The notes: generated by a model not told the origin, from the sequence alone. A DNA stretch of 64,000 nt from Camelus dromedarius (GCF_036321535.1 NC_087436.1:5952001-6016000), one strand, 5' to 3'; shown: positions 46,528 to 60,926, counted from the stretch's first letter. Numbers and translations: made by a program.

Positions 46528-48689
46528 CTGAAGTTGTGACCATCAGGATATTTTAAAAGTACTATTTTTAAGCATGCTCCTGGGCTGGCATTGTTAGTTT
46601 TAACTGCATAATTGGTTTTCACTTGCTGTCTAAAAGACTACTGTGGTCTGTTGGCATAATCTAAGAGAGTACTCGATTGGTCAAGGGGAAAAGGCTAACA
46701 AAATGCTCTCGCTGTGTAGATCTAAGTACTGTGTTTGGAAACTTGTTTTGGATAATTCATTCTGATTCCGTTATTAATAAAGATCATGTCTGTAGCAAGG
46801 GAGTTGAGTTCAACTGGTAATACTACAGTGCTAAATAGAACCTGTTTATCTTTTGTTTGCATTGTGCCTTCCAAATGGACATGTTTGCCTATTTTACATA
46901 TTTCAGCATTTTAGTACTCCAAAGTAGAACATTACCAAAAAAAAAAAAAAAAAAAAATCTAGAGCACAGAATTGGGCAACTGTGTTTGACAGTGAAGATC
47001 TAATCCTGCTGCTCTGGGAGATACTGATTTCTCTGCTAAATGTGGAGAGAGCAGACAGACGGCCTCTTCTGTTGTTTCTCCTTCCACAGCACAGCCACGG
47101 AGCCAAACATGGTGGTGGCAGCTGAATACTAAAGCGTGTTCATTCTTCTGATGAAAACTGAAGCACTAGCAAATATATAATGTTGTCTGACTTAGTCAAT
47201 TTCAAGTTAATTAACATATTATTATTCCAGCTGAAACCTATTTGTTTTCAAAGATAAGAGTTAAAGCATCCTTTATAAATATTTTTACTAAAATTGGAAA
47301 TAAAGTGGTTTCTATTTCTACACACAAACCTGAGATTGTAAGGCTTAAATTTGATTTTTGGTTTACAGAATTTAAGGAACAGACACCAAGAAAATATTTT
47401 AGTCTAATGGATACTGCCGAATTTCCAAATTTACCCAGATTGTCTAAAAATATATCAATTTTTCAGATGAAGAATAAAATTACCTTTGGAGATCTCATTA
47501 TGGGAATCTAGAGAGACTTACTTCACCATGAAGAGTTTATTATTCAGTTGTTATTTTAGACTGACTCTTAGCAAGAAGAAAGAGAAATAGAATAATACAG
47601 TATACAAAAATCCATTTTTAGCATCATTTGGTAAATAAAATATTGGAAAGTTACTTTCTTCTTAAAACAAATATCTACAGGTGGCATTAAAATACATCTC
47701 ATAAGATTTTATATAACAGAATACGAACGTCTTTTCATTATCCTGGTGTGGTGAAACCCATGGAATAATTTAATCTGCTATTCTATATTTATAAGGATAT
47801 TTGCCATTGGTTCCAAATTATTAAGATCAGAAATTCACACAGCGCCCAAAAGCCAGGCAAACATCTGGGCAGTGCAGTGTTTGTTTGACACAATTCTTCT
47901 TATAAAACACAGTGAATGGTTTCAATGATTTTTTTGTTTACTTGAGTTAACCAGTGTTTTCTCTTTGGGTTTCCGATAGAAGAGCCACTGTAGTCAAAAA
48001 ACCGGAAGTCATCCAGTAGCGATGTCTAGCGAATTTATGCCTTTGTGAGTCAGTAAGTGTCCCGCTAGAGTGAAGCACTGGGCACCACCCGGAACCGCCT
48101 TGTTCCCCCTGCCATGAGCCCTGATTCTCCTTCCCATCTCGTAGAGCCTGGTGTTTGGATAGGATGGGGCTTTTTCCATGTCTGCTTCTGGACAGCCCAC
48201 GGTTCACCCTGGATTCATGAATTACCAACCTGCATTATTCTAGCTTTTCAGGGAGGTGATTTGAAGTCATGTCATTTATTTATTTGTTTCCTATTTCTTT
48301 GTGTCTTGCTTTGTTCAAAAAAAAAAGGTTATAAAGAGATTTGTAATGATGTATACAATACATACATATATAAAGATGTGTATAAAGATACCTACAACAC
48401 AAGATAAAATCTATTAAGACAAGGGAATGGTGGGAAAAAAGAGACCACGGGAGGTCAAAGCAGGAAAGCAATATGCAGCCCGGAGTTTAGCAGGGAAAAG
48501 TCATTCCTGAAAATCACTCAATTCAGTAGAGGTGAGTCACAGTGATGGAGCTAAGTTTATTTAATAAGCACTGTAGAAAAGGCACAGGGTAAATTACAGA
48601 ATTCCCAGTTTTCTAGGCTCAAACAAACGAGCGGAGCAGCTGTGGCCAACTTCGACCTCCCAGGAGAAAGTCACCCCGTCCGTGTGCTC

Positions 48690-48920
48690 GGGAAGCCGGC
48701 GGTCTGCGTTCAGATTCTGCCGCATCACTCACCCACAGTGGGACTCTGGACACATTGCTTTGCCTGTCTGAGCCTCTGATTCTTTATCTATCAAGCAGAA
48801 GTAATAAGAGCAATGATGCCATCATCGGGCTGCTCTTAGGCGTAAAGGAGCTGAGCGAAGACAAGTGCTTTGTGCAGGTCTTATATGTAGCGCGTCTTCC
48901 GTGCACAATGAATGGGGTGA
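48690..48920 (+). mobile_element. MIR SINE
   Basis: gttcagattctgcc..cactcac..tctgagcctctgattctttatctat..gtaataagagc. Confidence 0.65.
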
Positions 48921-51054
48921 CTTGTTCTGTGTAACAACTTCCAAACCCACAAACATGGGACTATCCTTCCCAAAAGCCTTCACTAATATCTCTAATTTAC
49001 ATTTAAATTGATCTTAAGATCGTAAAGCAACAGCAATGGACCAAGAGTTAAGAAACCTAGAGTTAAGAACCCTGTTTCTTCTAGCATCTGATTGACAATG
49101 GCTTATTCACTGAATAATCAGAGCTGTCGATACGGTTTCCTCCCGTCCAAAGACTGACCGGACAATCTCAGGATTTGTGCCAGCTCTAGTGTTTTCCTGT
49201 TGAGGCAGAGGGTTTTTTGTTGTTGTTGTTATTGTTGTTTATTTGCTTTTGTTTTTTGCTGCTGCTGCTCTTTTTGTTGTTAAAAATAGATACTTTTAAC
49301 AGGGAGAATATTGATCAGAATCAATCAAAATTTATCAAGATAGGAAGCATGAAGTTTATTCAAGATATAATCACGTTAATAGGGAACTTGTTTAATGTTT
49401 ATCTCAGGAGCAAATGACTGGAAATGGAGAAAAGAAAGACAATCAGAACAGAAGCACAACTGAAGACATTGGCCTCATGTCAACCAACCAGGCATCATCT
49501 CAACAATAACAGTTATCTTCCTATTTAGGAGAAACTCAGAAATAAAGAATTCTTTTAAGATTCGAGACATTTTTAATTTATGATTTTCAGGGCAAAGTCA
49601 ATCCAGCAAAATAATGTAACTCAAAAACGAAAAACTTCCTCTCATGAAGTTGTAAAGGCAGAGATTATTCTAGCCCTTAGAATGGCTTAGATAGAGCTTT
49701 TTAAAAAATATAAGCTTAGGGCTTTTTAAACACAGTTGACAAGGGGGTACCAAAGCATATGTTTCTGATGTTATTTAAGTTTCGAGGTTTGTTGTGACAG
49801 TTGGTAAAAGAAGAAAATATTCATTAACATCTAATCAAACATGCATCCACAAGGGAGGCCTTGAATTTTTATGTAGTCACTAAATACTTCTTTGCATCAG
49901 CATTTACATGATGTGTTCCAGTATTATGAAACCTGTGTGTGGCTGGCATCAAACTGTGCTTTCAATAGACTTGGCCACACCATCTCAAATGATCTCTTTT
50001 TTTTCTCAGGACCTCTTTGCAAGGATGTGGTCAGTATCCTGTCCCATCATGCAGCCTGAAGGCAGCCTTTCCCTGTGCCCTCCAGGGGGTCTTCTGTGGA
50101 ACTGGGAGCCATAGGTCTGCCATGGGACTGTCGTGTGCGGGAGGTGCATGGACCACGATGCACATGACAAAGACTCAGGGAAAAAGGAAGGGGGACCGAG
50201 TCAGCAAGGACCCACCGACTGACCCTGACTGTACCCAGAGCAGATGCAGCAGACCACCTTCCATAGACTTAGCGACAAAGGAATACAGGGAGCTCGGTGA
50301 TGAGGCAGAACAAGGGCTTCCACCTCCTCAGAAGCGGGTGGAAGGACCCCTCCCTCCACGGCAATGAGGATGCAGCGTGCCACCCAGCTTCAGACGGCAT
50401 CCCAGGAAGCACCGGAGGAGGGAAACAACTGGGGAGGAAGCTGGACTTTAATTGACTGAACATCTGTCTCAAGAGAGATCACGTAACTTGGAAAAAATCC
50501 AAAACATGTTTTTAGGGAAAAGTTAGCTTTTCCTCTACAACTTGATACTAAAAGACAGTCGCCCCTCAGCTAAATTGTCCTCCACATCCAACATAGTAAA
50601 GTGTTCCCTTCCAATCCACCACATGGCATTTTCTTGCCATATCTAGGAAACGTACACCATGAAATAGGAGTTAAGTGCTTAACAAATGCTTCAGTCCAAC
50701 TCATGCCCAATTTCGAAGCATAGAAAGGCATTAATTATCTGGAGTCCTAGGCAAAAAAAATAAATAAATAAAAATAAAAATACTGTTTTTTAAAAATTTT
50801 CTGTGAATTTATTCCTTGCATCAGTTAGACTTTTAGACAAACATCCTAATAGCCTTCTCCATAAGCTGCCTTCCGGTATTCTCCTTTCTTGCCATTGGCC
50901 AGTGGTTCTCAACTGGGGATGACTTTTGGCTTCTTCATTTTGAGAGGCTGGAGGAGGTCTTTTTAAATCTAGAAAATCTAGTGGTCTTCCACTTAGCACG
51001 TGAGTTGGTGCCTCCCGTGAGATGGCGGTTAAATGCTGTAACTACCAAGACTTC

Positions 51055-51415
51055 GTGAGCTTGAGCTGCTGTGATCAGACCCCACAGGCTGGGTGGCTTA
51101 AACAATAGAAATTTATTTCCTCACAGTTCTGGAGGCTGGGGAGTCTAAGATCAGGGTACCAGTTTGGTCCGAGTCCGGGGAGGACCTTCTTCCTGGCTCA
51201 CAGAGGGCCACCTTCTCGCCGTACCCTCACACAGCGCAGACAGAAAAGACAGCAAGCTCTCCGGTGTCTCCCCTTCTCAGGGCGTTGGGCGCATCATGAA
51301 GGTCCTACCCACATCACCCCATTCTAACCTGATTACCTTCCAAATGCCCGTCTCCAAATGCCATCACATCAGAGGTCAGGGGGACGTGGAGAGGACAATT
51401 TCGTCAAACAATAAC
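51055..51415 (-). mobile_element. MLT1A-type MaLR LTR
   Basis: ctgggtggcttaaacaatagaaatttatttcctcacagttctggaggctgg..ctaacctgattaccttccaaa..tctccaaatgccatcaca. Confidence 0.9.
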
Positions 51416-52687
51416 CTATTCAAAAATGATACAGAAATTGCTGCATTTCTGTACTGTCAGTTAAAAACAAACAAGGAAGAAGGCTAAAGATTTACAAAGG
51501 AAGAGCTGACTCTTAGGGACCCTGAAGGACAGGCACGTAGTTGCCTGAGACTCTGAGTGCTGTGTGGAAGCTAGCAGGGGACCACTGAAGTCAGCCAGCG
51601 TACAGGAAGCCCCTCTGCTCAGCGCCGTCAAAGCCCACAGCATCTCTAAGCCATCTCAGGCGCATGCTGTGACCCAGTTTATAAGCTACAGCCTCAGTCC
51701 CAGCAGTATCCAAATGAATGCCTGGCCAGTCTCCAAATTCTCAAAGAAGATATGTAGGAATGTTAACAGTGTCATTTTAGGAACTTTGTCGTCTATCTTG
51801 AATAGCCTCGGAAAAACATTCAAGGATGCAATCAGGCAATCTTGTGAGTCATACTGTAATATCATTTTATATAATTTTTCTCTTATTTGTTGCCATGGCA
51901 TTTGTGGAATGCTGGGCATGGTGTTTATATAACATCGATTAGAAAAGAGAAATATCCTAGGGGTAGCCTTAGTGAAGGGATGAAAGTTAAGCTGCAGAGT
52001 CATTGTCGTAACTGGAAAATTCACTTCACTCAGAATCTAGAGTCTAGTCTCCTATCTATCACTGAACAGCGGGTGACAGTGACCAGTCACTTAGCCTCTA
52101 GGGCCGTGAGCTTTGCCATCTGTTAAACTGAGCCATGGGACAGCTCTCCTTCCTTCTCTACTTGTTTTACGTGACTACGCAATAAGATAACATCAGTTTA
52201 AAAACTATCAAAACCAGGAGGTCGTGTATAGTTTCCAGGTGGTGATTCCTTTCTCTCTCTCTCTCTGCTTGTTATGCTGCCTTTAAATGCTCTGATTGCT
52301 CTGAAACTAGGACAGGAACAGGGGGAAATACAAGCAAAAGTTAGAAACAGAATATAGCCATGTCCAAAAAGTGGCTGCACATGTGCAGAAGGGTCTGGGG
52401 TCGCTCCAGGTGTAGCCAGTGTCACAATGACCTTGTCACTGCCCAGGACGCCACCTTGAACTTGTGCCTCCAAAGTGCCAAACTTTATCACAAAGGGTGT
52501 ACCATCTTGGGTAGCAGTGTTTCTGTCTGAATTATGTTCTGGCGATCTTCCTTTACATGCACAGGGAAACCTGATTCTACAGGGGATGTCTTGATGTCAG
52601 AAGACCAGCACCTACTTAAAACTGAACGCTTGCTTATCCCTGGCTTTATTCCTCCACTGAGTACAACTTTGGTCAGTGGCACATGAA

Positions 52688-53043
52688 CACGCCCTCCATC
52701 CCTCCTCCCAAAACCTTTTGGCCAGATGTGCTTTAGAATTCAGATTTTTTAGACTTATAGACAGATCAACATTGCACACTTGTACACGGTGTTAATGTCC
52801 TAGCCCCTTCATCTCAAGGAGGGGATACAGGACCTCATGGCCACCTACACTCAGATTTTGGCAGCAAAGCAAACGAATATTCACAAATGTGATAAATAAA
52901 CACTGGGAACCGTCTCACGTCAGGTCAGTTTGGTATCTGCAGGCAAATAAGTTCAAGTCAGGCCAGGATTCACAGCCAAATGAGTTTAAGCAGGTTTGGT
53001 TTTCAGAGCTGTTTGGACATTGGAACTACAGACGTGAGCATGT
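52688..53043. mobile_element. MER46C-like Tigger MITE
   Basis: ggccagatgtgctttagaattcagatttttt at one end and ttttcagagctgtttggacattggaact at the other. Confidence 0.65.
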
Positions 53044-53319
53044 ATAATATAAATCTACAGCAGGAAGGACGTGCGGTTCACTTGTTACAGTCAGCCCTAA
53101 ATCCAGCAAAACTGCCAAGTTTTAAAGGTGAAAACCCGCAGACCAACTGTCAGTACCTGTATCCACATCGCAAGTCTGTGTTTGATGTTAATTCTTCAAA
53201 GGTTGGACATTGATTTCTTAAACATATTTGCATTTAATTTGGAAAGGACCTTAAGAGTCACATGGTAGGTACTTTTACTTTCCTAATAACAAGCTGAGGG
53301 TCAGAGAACGGAGGATGCT

Positions 53320-53645
53320 GTGGCTGGAGGGTCAGAACATGAGCTTTGGAGTCAACCTGATAGACTCGTCTTCCAATCCTGCCTCTGATTCCTGGTGGGA
53401 GAGGATAAAACCAGGCAAGATCCTCCATCTTTTTACTCCCGGCATCCTCATCTGTAGAGTGGGGTAACCGTATCCTTTCCCCAGCATGTGTGTTCATTGC
53501 TGAATGTTGATGGATGCCTGCCTCATGACAGGTGCTGTTCTGGGCACTGGAAACACATCAGGGTGGTTCTGAAGGTTGAATGTGACTGTGTATTAAAGGA
53601 CTTAGCACCTAAAGATCCTTATTAAATACTCTTATCAGCTATTAT
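53320..53645 (+). mobile_element. MIR SINE, interrupted
   Basis: gagctttggagtcaacc..aatcctgcctct..cctcatctgtagagtgggg..taaaggacttagcac. Confidence 0.6.
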
Positions 53646-56600
53646 TATGAATGAGTAGTAGAGTTACAAAAAAGTCTCAGCCTTCTGGGTTCACAATTCA
53701 ATTACTGTTTCAGAAAAAATGGGAAGAGGGGATATAGAAGCACACTGTATGATTCGTCCAAGCCAGCATGCCCCAGGAGTAATACTGGATTAGCAATATT
53801 ACGGCGTTAGTGTTTCATTGTTAGTGATTCCCTGGTTCATATTAGGGAGCTGCCTAGCTTTATACAGGCCCTAAAATGTCCCAATTTTGGGACAGGTAGT
53901 CCCTGAAGTGATGGATCTTAGAGACTGCCTAAGTCACAGGCAGCCCTGTTCACCGTCTTGTCAGAATCATGTTTGATCCACTTAGTTTGCGTACCTCTTA
54001 GCTACTTGAACTAAAATCTTACAGCTAAATGGGAACGTGGCTATTTCTAATGGCAACCAACCTTCCACTCTTTTCATCACTGCCATGATGCAATGGCATT
54101 TTCTTGGAAGAGAAACGTGATGCAAATCTTGTGAGGTGATGGAAAAAAGGTTTCATTGTTAGGCTACCACAGCCAGCATCAGTCAACAGTCAGCGACTTG
54201 CATGTTCTGTCGGGTTAGGTGCTGTCGGAAATGAAACAGCGAGACAGTATTTCTGTTCCACACGAGGTTGAATGACTCTCCCTTACTTGTTTGCCTGTGA
54301 GTCAAGTTTTCAAACTTGTATTCATTTTCCGTGCAAGACAGTGTTATTTGAAGTTTGAGAAAGGAAGTACCAGGGACCGAGAGTATTTCCTACCCATTAG
54401 AGTGGACGTAATTTTCTTTTCACCGGAACTTCCCTGTAATTGAATGCAAGCTGTGGAATTTTAGAAGCATGTGGGAGCAAACTAGCAGTCCTCTTAGCAG
54501 AAATGTTCCCTGCTTTGACTCAATCATAGAAACCAAATGGATCACCAAGAAGCTTTTCATTCCAACACAGAAATAAGGATATATTTAACATTCTGGATAG
54601 AGAGATTGAGCACCTGTGAGTCATAGGATTCTGCCTCCTTAAAGTGAAACAACACTCCATGAATTGATGAGAACATTTTTTTTTTCCAGTGGAAAATTAC
54701 AAACTATTTAATTAAGTTTTTTTTTAAAATTATTCAAACCCCTACTGAGAAAATACGTTTTCAACTGACTAGTAGACAATCTCCACTCAGTGTACAAGAT
54801 CTTATTTTTAAAGAGATTCCGATCTTCACCTATTCTGAGGCATTCTGTGAGTTGGAAGAGGTGCAGGTTAGTTAGGGGGAGTGGATCACTTTTCTTTTCC
54901 AATTCTTCTAGCAAAGTACTGGTTCTGGATTGAGTTTCATTTCAGGGTTGAGCAAGTGACAGATTTCTCAGGGAATTTTTCAGAGATTTCAGAAGATTGT
55001 GGAAATTATCATCTCAGGTTTTGAAAAATTTGACAGCACAGGAATCAGCTGTTTTGAAAGATGGAAGGTTATGAAAATAGTTTGCAAAGGGGATCTCAAA
55101 AAACTCAAAAGAGTGAGCAAGAAAAAGGAAAGTGTAAGTAAAAATGGTTTTCCACGGCATCATCTTTAAAAAACAACATTCTGTATTGACCATGACAAAA
55201 CACTGGGGTATAGAATGTCTCCAGGCAACAGAGAGAGCAGTGGACCCCTTCAGCACCCATTTCTCTAGGCGCTGCGTGAGGTTACATACAGAATACACTT
55301 TAATTATAGCGACCAACTCCATATCGCTTAATACAAAGAGTCTACCCAGGCAACTGGAATCTAAGTCCATCATACCAATGACCTCAGAAATCCAATGAGG
55401 TCATTATTTATCAAGAAACATATCATTTCTAAAAAATAAGTGTTGATAAATATTAGTATCAAAGTAAGTCTACAAGTCTCTTTCTTTGAAATTTCCCAAT
55501 CTTAAAATGTGTCCTACCTTTTCTGATGTAAAAAAATTGTCATAGAATATGTTGTGTGTAATAATATCCTTTATTCCACTTTGATTATGCTGGTGGTGAG
55601 GGAACAGATAAAGCCTGTGTAAACCTAGCTTTTTCATACCAAACGGTGTAAGTTCCTGGTTTAAATACATGACCTAAGTGAAGTTTTTAAATTTACCTTT
55701 CAAATTATAGTTTTTTTCTTTAGGACTTAGAGTACTTTGAGTATGAAAATTGAACTTAGTATTACTCACTACCTTAGATATTGTTATGTTTAATATTGTT
55801 GCATGAAGCTTTATAAAGAGCTTTTCAGTTACTCTTGGAAATCCAGTAAGTGGCTTGAACTGGAAACAGAATGAACAGCATCACATTCACATGTTACATG
55901 AGCCTCTGAGGACACAAGTCATGGGTTTATGAGACTCTCTGCCTTAGCGTCCAATTTCATCTGGTCAAACAGACCCACCAACGATCACATTCATATATGT
56001 TTATTTTTCTTTTTCAATATTGTAAACTCAACCCAGCTACTCTTAGAAGAACCATGCAGCAGGGGAAATTGCTTTCCTCTTTTCAAAAGAATAATTTGCA
56101 ACGTTAACAATGAGAAATCAGGGTGCACCACACCCATTAATAACGCAAGCGTCCCATGGGGTGTAACTAGCCACAGTGCCAGGTTATAAATGACAAAACC
56201 AAAAATACTACTTTGTAAAGAAGTGAAAGGAAAGTAGGTCTGAGAGAAGGAGGGCAGAGTGATCCTTCATGCCTTCTTGGTGCTGGCTAACAGGCCAGAG
56301 AAGATAAAACACTCTGTCTCCAAGGAGAAGAACCTGGCACGAAGACCTAATTAGAATTTAGGTGAAGGTGCTGAAGGCAGGTAACAGATTAAGAAACAGA
56401 ACCAGAAGAGCCATTTCTACGGCAGTAGTTTCTTTTCCCTTGAGAAGTCACGCCAGTGGGTTGGAGAGTCCTGTGATCCACTTTTCACGTAGTCTAATAG
56501 GCTGGTCCTGAGGTTGGGATGTTAGGCTGGGCAGTTGCTTGCCAATTAATTATTCATGCCCCCGAAGATGCAGGTGTAATCAAAATCCTGAAATTTTTTA

Positions 56601-57124
56601 AAATCTCATTTTTACTTGGATATGAAATGTGCTAACGCACTACACTTTAAAAAAAAGATTAAAATGACTTTCTAGGTGCTCACAGCAAATAAAAAGAAGG
56701 CAAATATTAAGCACTGATTCAGAGAAGCTTAGAAATCCACAGTAACTCCTTCCTCTGAGCTCTTAACAGTCAACACTAACAGCCGGGGGTCAACAGAGTT
56801 TAGGGCCCCGTCATTCCTTGATGGTTTAAGGAGAGCTCCACTCTCTGAAACTGCCCAAGGCTGAGATGTCGTCATGTGTTCGTGTTTCTAAAGATGCTTC
56901 TTCCCCATGAAAAGTAGAAATAAGCAGAGTCTGAAATGTCAACAAAAGATGAAATTGAACGTGGTAATTTTTATTATGAAAGTGACAGACATGACATTCA
57001 CTAAGGAAAATTGTGGAATCAAGACCAAGAGGATTGTTCCACATGATGCTGATAAATAATGACCAACGTTTGTATTAGTTGACCTCAGATATAGTTGGTA
57101 TATTTGTATATACAGATATATAGT

Positions 57125-57155
<31 letters not shown>

Positions 57156-57170
57156 GTCTGTCTATCTATC
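57125..57170. repeat. (TCTA)n/(TCTG)n microsatellite
   Basis: Seen directly. Confidence 0.95.
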
Positions 57171-57989
57171 AATACAGTATACAATTCTCAACCTTCATGG
57201 GACACTTAAATACCTGAGAGGTTTTTAATACAAATGACTAGGTCATACAGTAGATTTTCGGAATATGGGAACCTATACTGGTTTTTATTGAAAGTCCTCT
57301 AGGTGGTTGTAAAATGATCCTGATTTCATTATGACGGGTATATACTGAAAACCCCTCTTTTACTTAATCCTAGTATGTTTTGTTCCTAACTGAATCAAAA
57401 GTGTAAAAACTATAGTTTAATATGGTTAGTCTTATACCTGAGAAGTTATCTAGCTAATATTTCTTCCAATCCTAATTTTTTATTATATTTATGTTTAGGC
57501 CTGACTTGTTTAGAACTTTTCCCAGAAATGGCTGACAAACATCATGCATAAAAATCTCCACTTCATGAGAAACCAAAGAATTGTGAATTGAAACAAGGCA
57601 GTTTTTCACCTGTAAAACTTGCAAATATATTATACAGAAGTGACCATCTTCAGGGTTTTTGGGGGGTTCAGGAAAATATCACTAAGTTACAAAAGCACTT
57701 TTTAAAACAGAGTAGACTTCATGTCATGTGATATCTGTTCATGAAAACCCGTCCACTCATTGAGCAGAAACCCATCTCATTATGAGATGGCAAGGGCATG
57801 ACTTCTCAGGTTTTTCTACTATTCTGATTTCTTGTTCTTGCTGAGTCCTTGGTTCCATTTGGGTGTCATCTTCTCTCTCCATGTGAATCAGAACCACAGC
57901 ACAGCCTCTTCGGTTCTCCCCACACATTCTTCATGTGAGCAGATGGAGTTAAAATGTCTGGGAAGGAGACGGTATTACAAAACTACACC

Positions 57990-59100
57990 ACAAACTGGAA
58001 ATATGTGACCTGCTTCAAGACTTACTGTAATGCTATAATAATCAAGGTGTGTAAGTTTGACCAAGAAACATATAGATCAGTAGACCTGAGAGTTCATTAA
58101 TAAACATACAAATATGAGCAGTTGAATTTTGACAAGTGGGTCAAAGTAATTCAATGGGAAAGTGAAATCATTTCAAGAAGTGAGGCTTCAACAACAGGAT
58201 ATCAATACTGAAAATATAAATCCAATGTTCATCTGTATCATACATGAATTTTTTCTTGAAATGAGTCATAGAACTAACTGTAAAAGTTAAATTTTTAAAA
58301 TGTGTAGAAAAAATGAGAAAATATTTTCAGCAATAGATAACCAAAGATTTCTTAGATAGGATACTAGAAGCCTGAACCAAAAGAGAAAAATAATAATAAT
58401 ACACTGAAGTTTATAAAAAGAAACCTTCTAGAGACATGATTAACAAAATGAAAATGCAAACCACAAAATAGCACAGAATTTACATATGACAAAGCACCAG
58501 TATTTAGAATATTAAAATATAATCAAATACAGAAAGAACTTTTACAACTCAATGATAGTAATGAAATTTTAAAAATTAGTAAAAATTTAAGGATACTTCT
58601 TAAGATATGGGAAATGTAAATAATCATAGAAACGATATTTAACATCGTTAGTCGGAAAAGTAAGGCAAAACTTCAATGAAATACAACTGTACACACACAC
58701 TAATGGCTATGATTAAAATCTGTGAGAATGAACGTTGTCAATTCCATGAAACACCTACATTGCTGGTGGGGAAATTAAATGATACAATGACTTTCCAAAA
58801 CAGTTGGGCAGTTTCTCATCGAGAGAAACATTTATGTATGATCCAGCAGTTTCACACTTAGGCTTTATCCAAGAGAAATGAAAAATGATGGCCAAACTAA
58901 AACTTACATCAAAACGTTTATTGCAACTTCATTTATAATTGCTAAAAACTGAAAGCAAGTCATATATTGGTCAGCAGGGAAGTAAGCGTGCTATAACATG
59001 TGGTGCGATGGACTACTACTGAGCTATAAACAGACTAATGAAACATCTGCAACATTATGCTGAATGAAAAAGGGCAGAAATGTTATGCTGAGGGGAAGGC
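57990..59100 (+). mobile_element. Ancient L1M ORF2 3' region
   Basis: ttcaagacttactgtaatgctataataatcaag..ttttgacaag..cattgctggtggg..atgatccagcagtttcacacttagg..ccaagagaaatgaaa. Confidence 0.8.
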
Positions 59101-60459
59101 AAATAGGTATCGATTATTCCAAAGCTGACAAAAAAGACTGAAAACCTGCAGCTTCCTTTGTTATTACCTCTTTCACATCTTGTATTAACATTTGGTGATA
59201 ATTAACATGCTCGTGTGCCAGGCATGGGAATAAACACTTCCCAAGTACAAAGATTTAATGAAGCTGGTGTGGAATTTTATTACTTGGGAGGATACCAGAT
59301 GCTTTCCCCAAAAAATGCTTTTAGATTGTAGAAATCCTCAGAACATCACTGAAATGTAGGCAAACGGGGTGTTTTCATCCATATTTTAGAAGTGAAGGGA
59401 CTGATGTGCAGTGAGTTTCAATAATTAAGCAAAGTCACCCAGCTACTAAGGATTTGATTTGGAAATGGAATACTATCATTCTATCTGCTAATTATTCTAA
59501 ATCACACACCTTCGACTTTTTTTTTTTTTTTTGAATTGGATAAAGGTAGATTTTTGAGTGATTTTCAAATTTGGGAATTGATGTTCTATCTGTCCTTGTA
59601 ATTTAGAGAAAGCAGCTTCCATAGTCAACTCATCACTGCTTAACTTTGCATGAAATGTGGTTCTTGTAAACAACTAGTCCATTTGCTACCCACACTTGGA
59701 GGAAACACGACTTCCCATGGGCCGTGTTTGTCATGGGTGGATAATGATCCTAGATCCACCATCTACCAAGTTATAGCTCAAGGAAGCTCTCCAAAGCGCA
59801 CGTTAACGAGGGATGTTTTACCCCCTCCCAGGAGCAAGTTCCATGTGAATTCCTGCTTTCTGACTCATCTGCCAAGTCCAGCACAGTGCATTATGCCCCA
59901 AAGGCATCAGAGGACTCAACCAACCCATCAAATTCCTGCCATAAATTTAGCTTAAACCATGAGGATGTCTCTCCTGGGAAGGATGTGTCACACCCCTCAG
60001 GCAATGCCCTGGACATGTTCAATATTTTTCTCCTTGTATGAGTGCTTTCTATTTAAGACCAAGTGAAATACACTTCTGAACTAGATCTTTTCTTTATCAT
60101 TGTGAATTTGCTGCTAATAATATGCAGAGGGGATTTAGTTGTGCATGCATGTATGTGAGAAATGGGGTTGGAGATCAGAGAAAGAGAGAGCCGGGAGGGA
60201 GAGAGAGGGGAGAGAGACTAAGGGACTATTAAAAATATATATACATATATCTGTTATCCAGATTGTGGAGTGATTTCTCTGCCAATTAAGAATGTTTTCA
60301 GACTGTTCTTTCCTTCTGAAACATTTTGGGGGCTCTAAAAGTAGTTGACTTTGGAAAAGAATATCTATGTTGGCTATTAAACGTATAATTTTATGGATAG
60401 CTACATTTCCAGTCCAGGGAGTTTTTATGGACTCTATAATTGCAGGAAAATTTTCCTAT

Positions 60460-60926
60460 AATGCAGTCAGGAAGTGTCTACCCCTCCAAGATGCCTGTGT
60501 CCTAATTTCTAGACTCTAGGCGTTTGTTATCTTACATGGCAAGAAGGGCTTTGCAGCTGTGATCTAATTAAGGCTCTGAAGATGGAGCGGATATCCTGGA
60601 TTATCCAGGTGGGCCCAGTGAAGTCACAAGGGTGTTCACCTGTGGAAAGGGAAGCAGAGGGCAGAGTCGGAGGAAGTTGGAAGATGCCCTGTACCACTGG
60701 CTATCAGATGGAGAAGGGGTGGTGAGCCAAGGGTGCAGGCAGCCTCGAGAAGCTGGAGAAGTTGAGTGAGGAGATTCTCCCCGTTGCCTCCAGAGAGAGC
60801 TCACTTCTGCCCGCAGCTTGGCTTTAACCTGGGGAAACCCGTTTCAGACTTTGGCACTCCAGAACTGTACAAGAATACATTTTTTTTTTCATTTAAGCCA
60901 GTAAATTTATGGTAGTTTATTTTAGC
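60460..60926 (+). mobile_element. MLT1D-type MaLR LTR
   Basis: ttacatggcaag..ctttgcag..atcctggattatccaggtgggccca..ctccagaactgtacaagaatac..ttaagcca. Confidence 0.9.

Noticed and set aside
55377..55405. 10-bp-stem inverted repeat (also 57772-57790 and near 53877-53894)
   Set aside because: Stems of 8-10 bp are expected by chance at this window size; too short for a pre-miRNA
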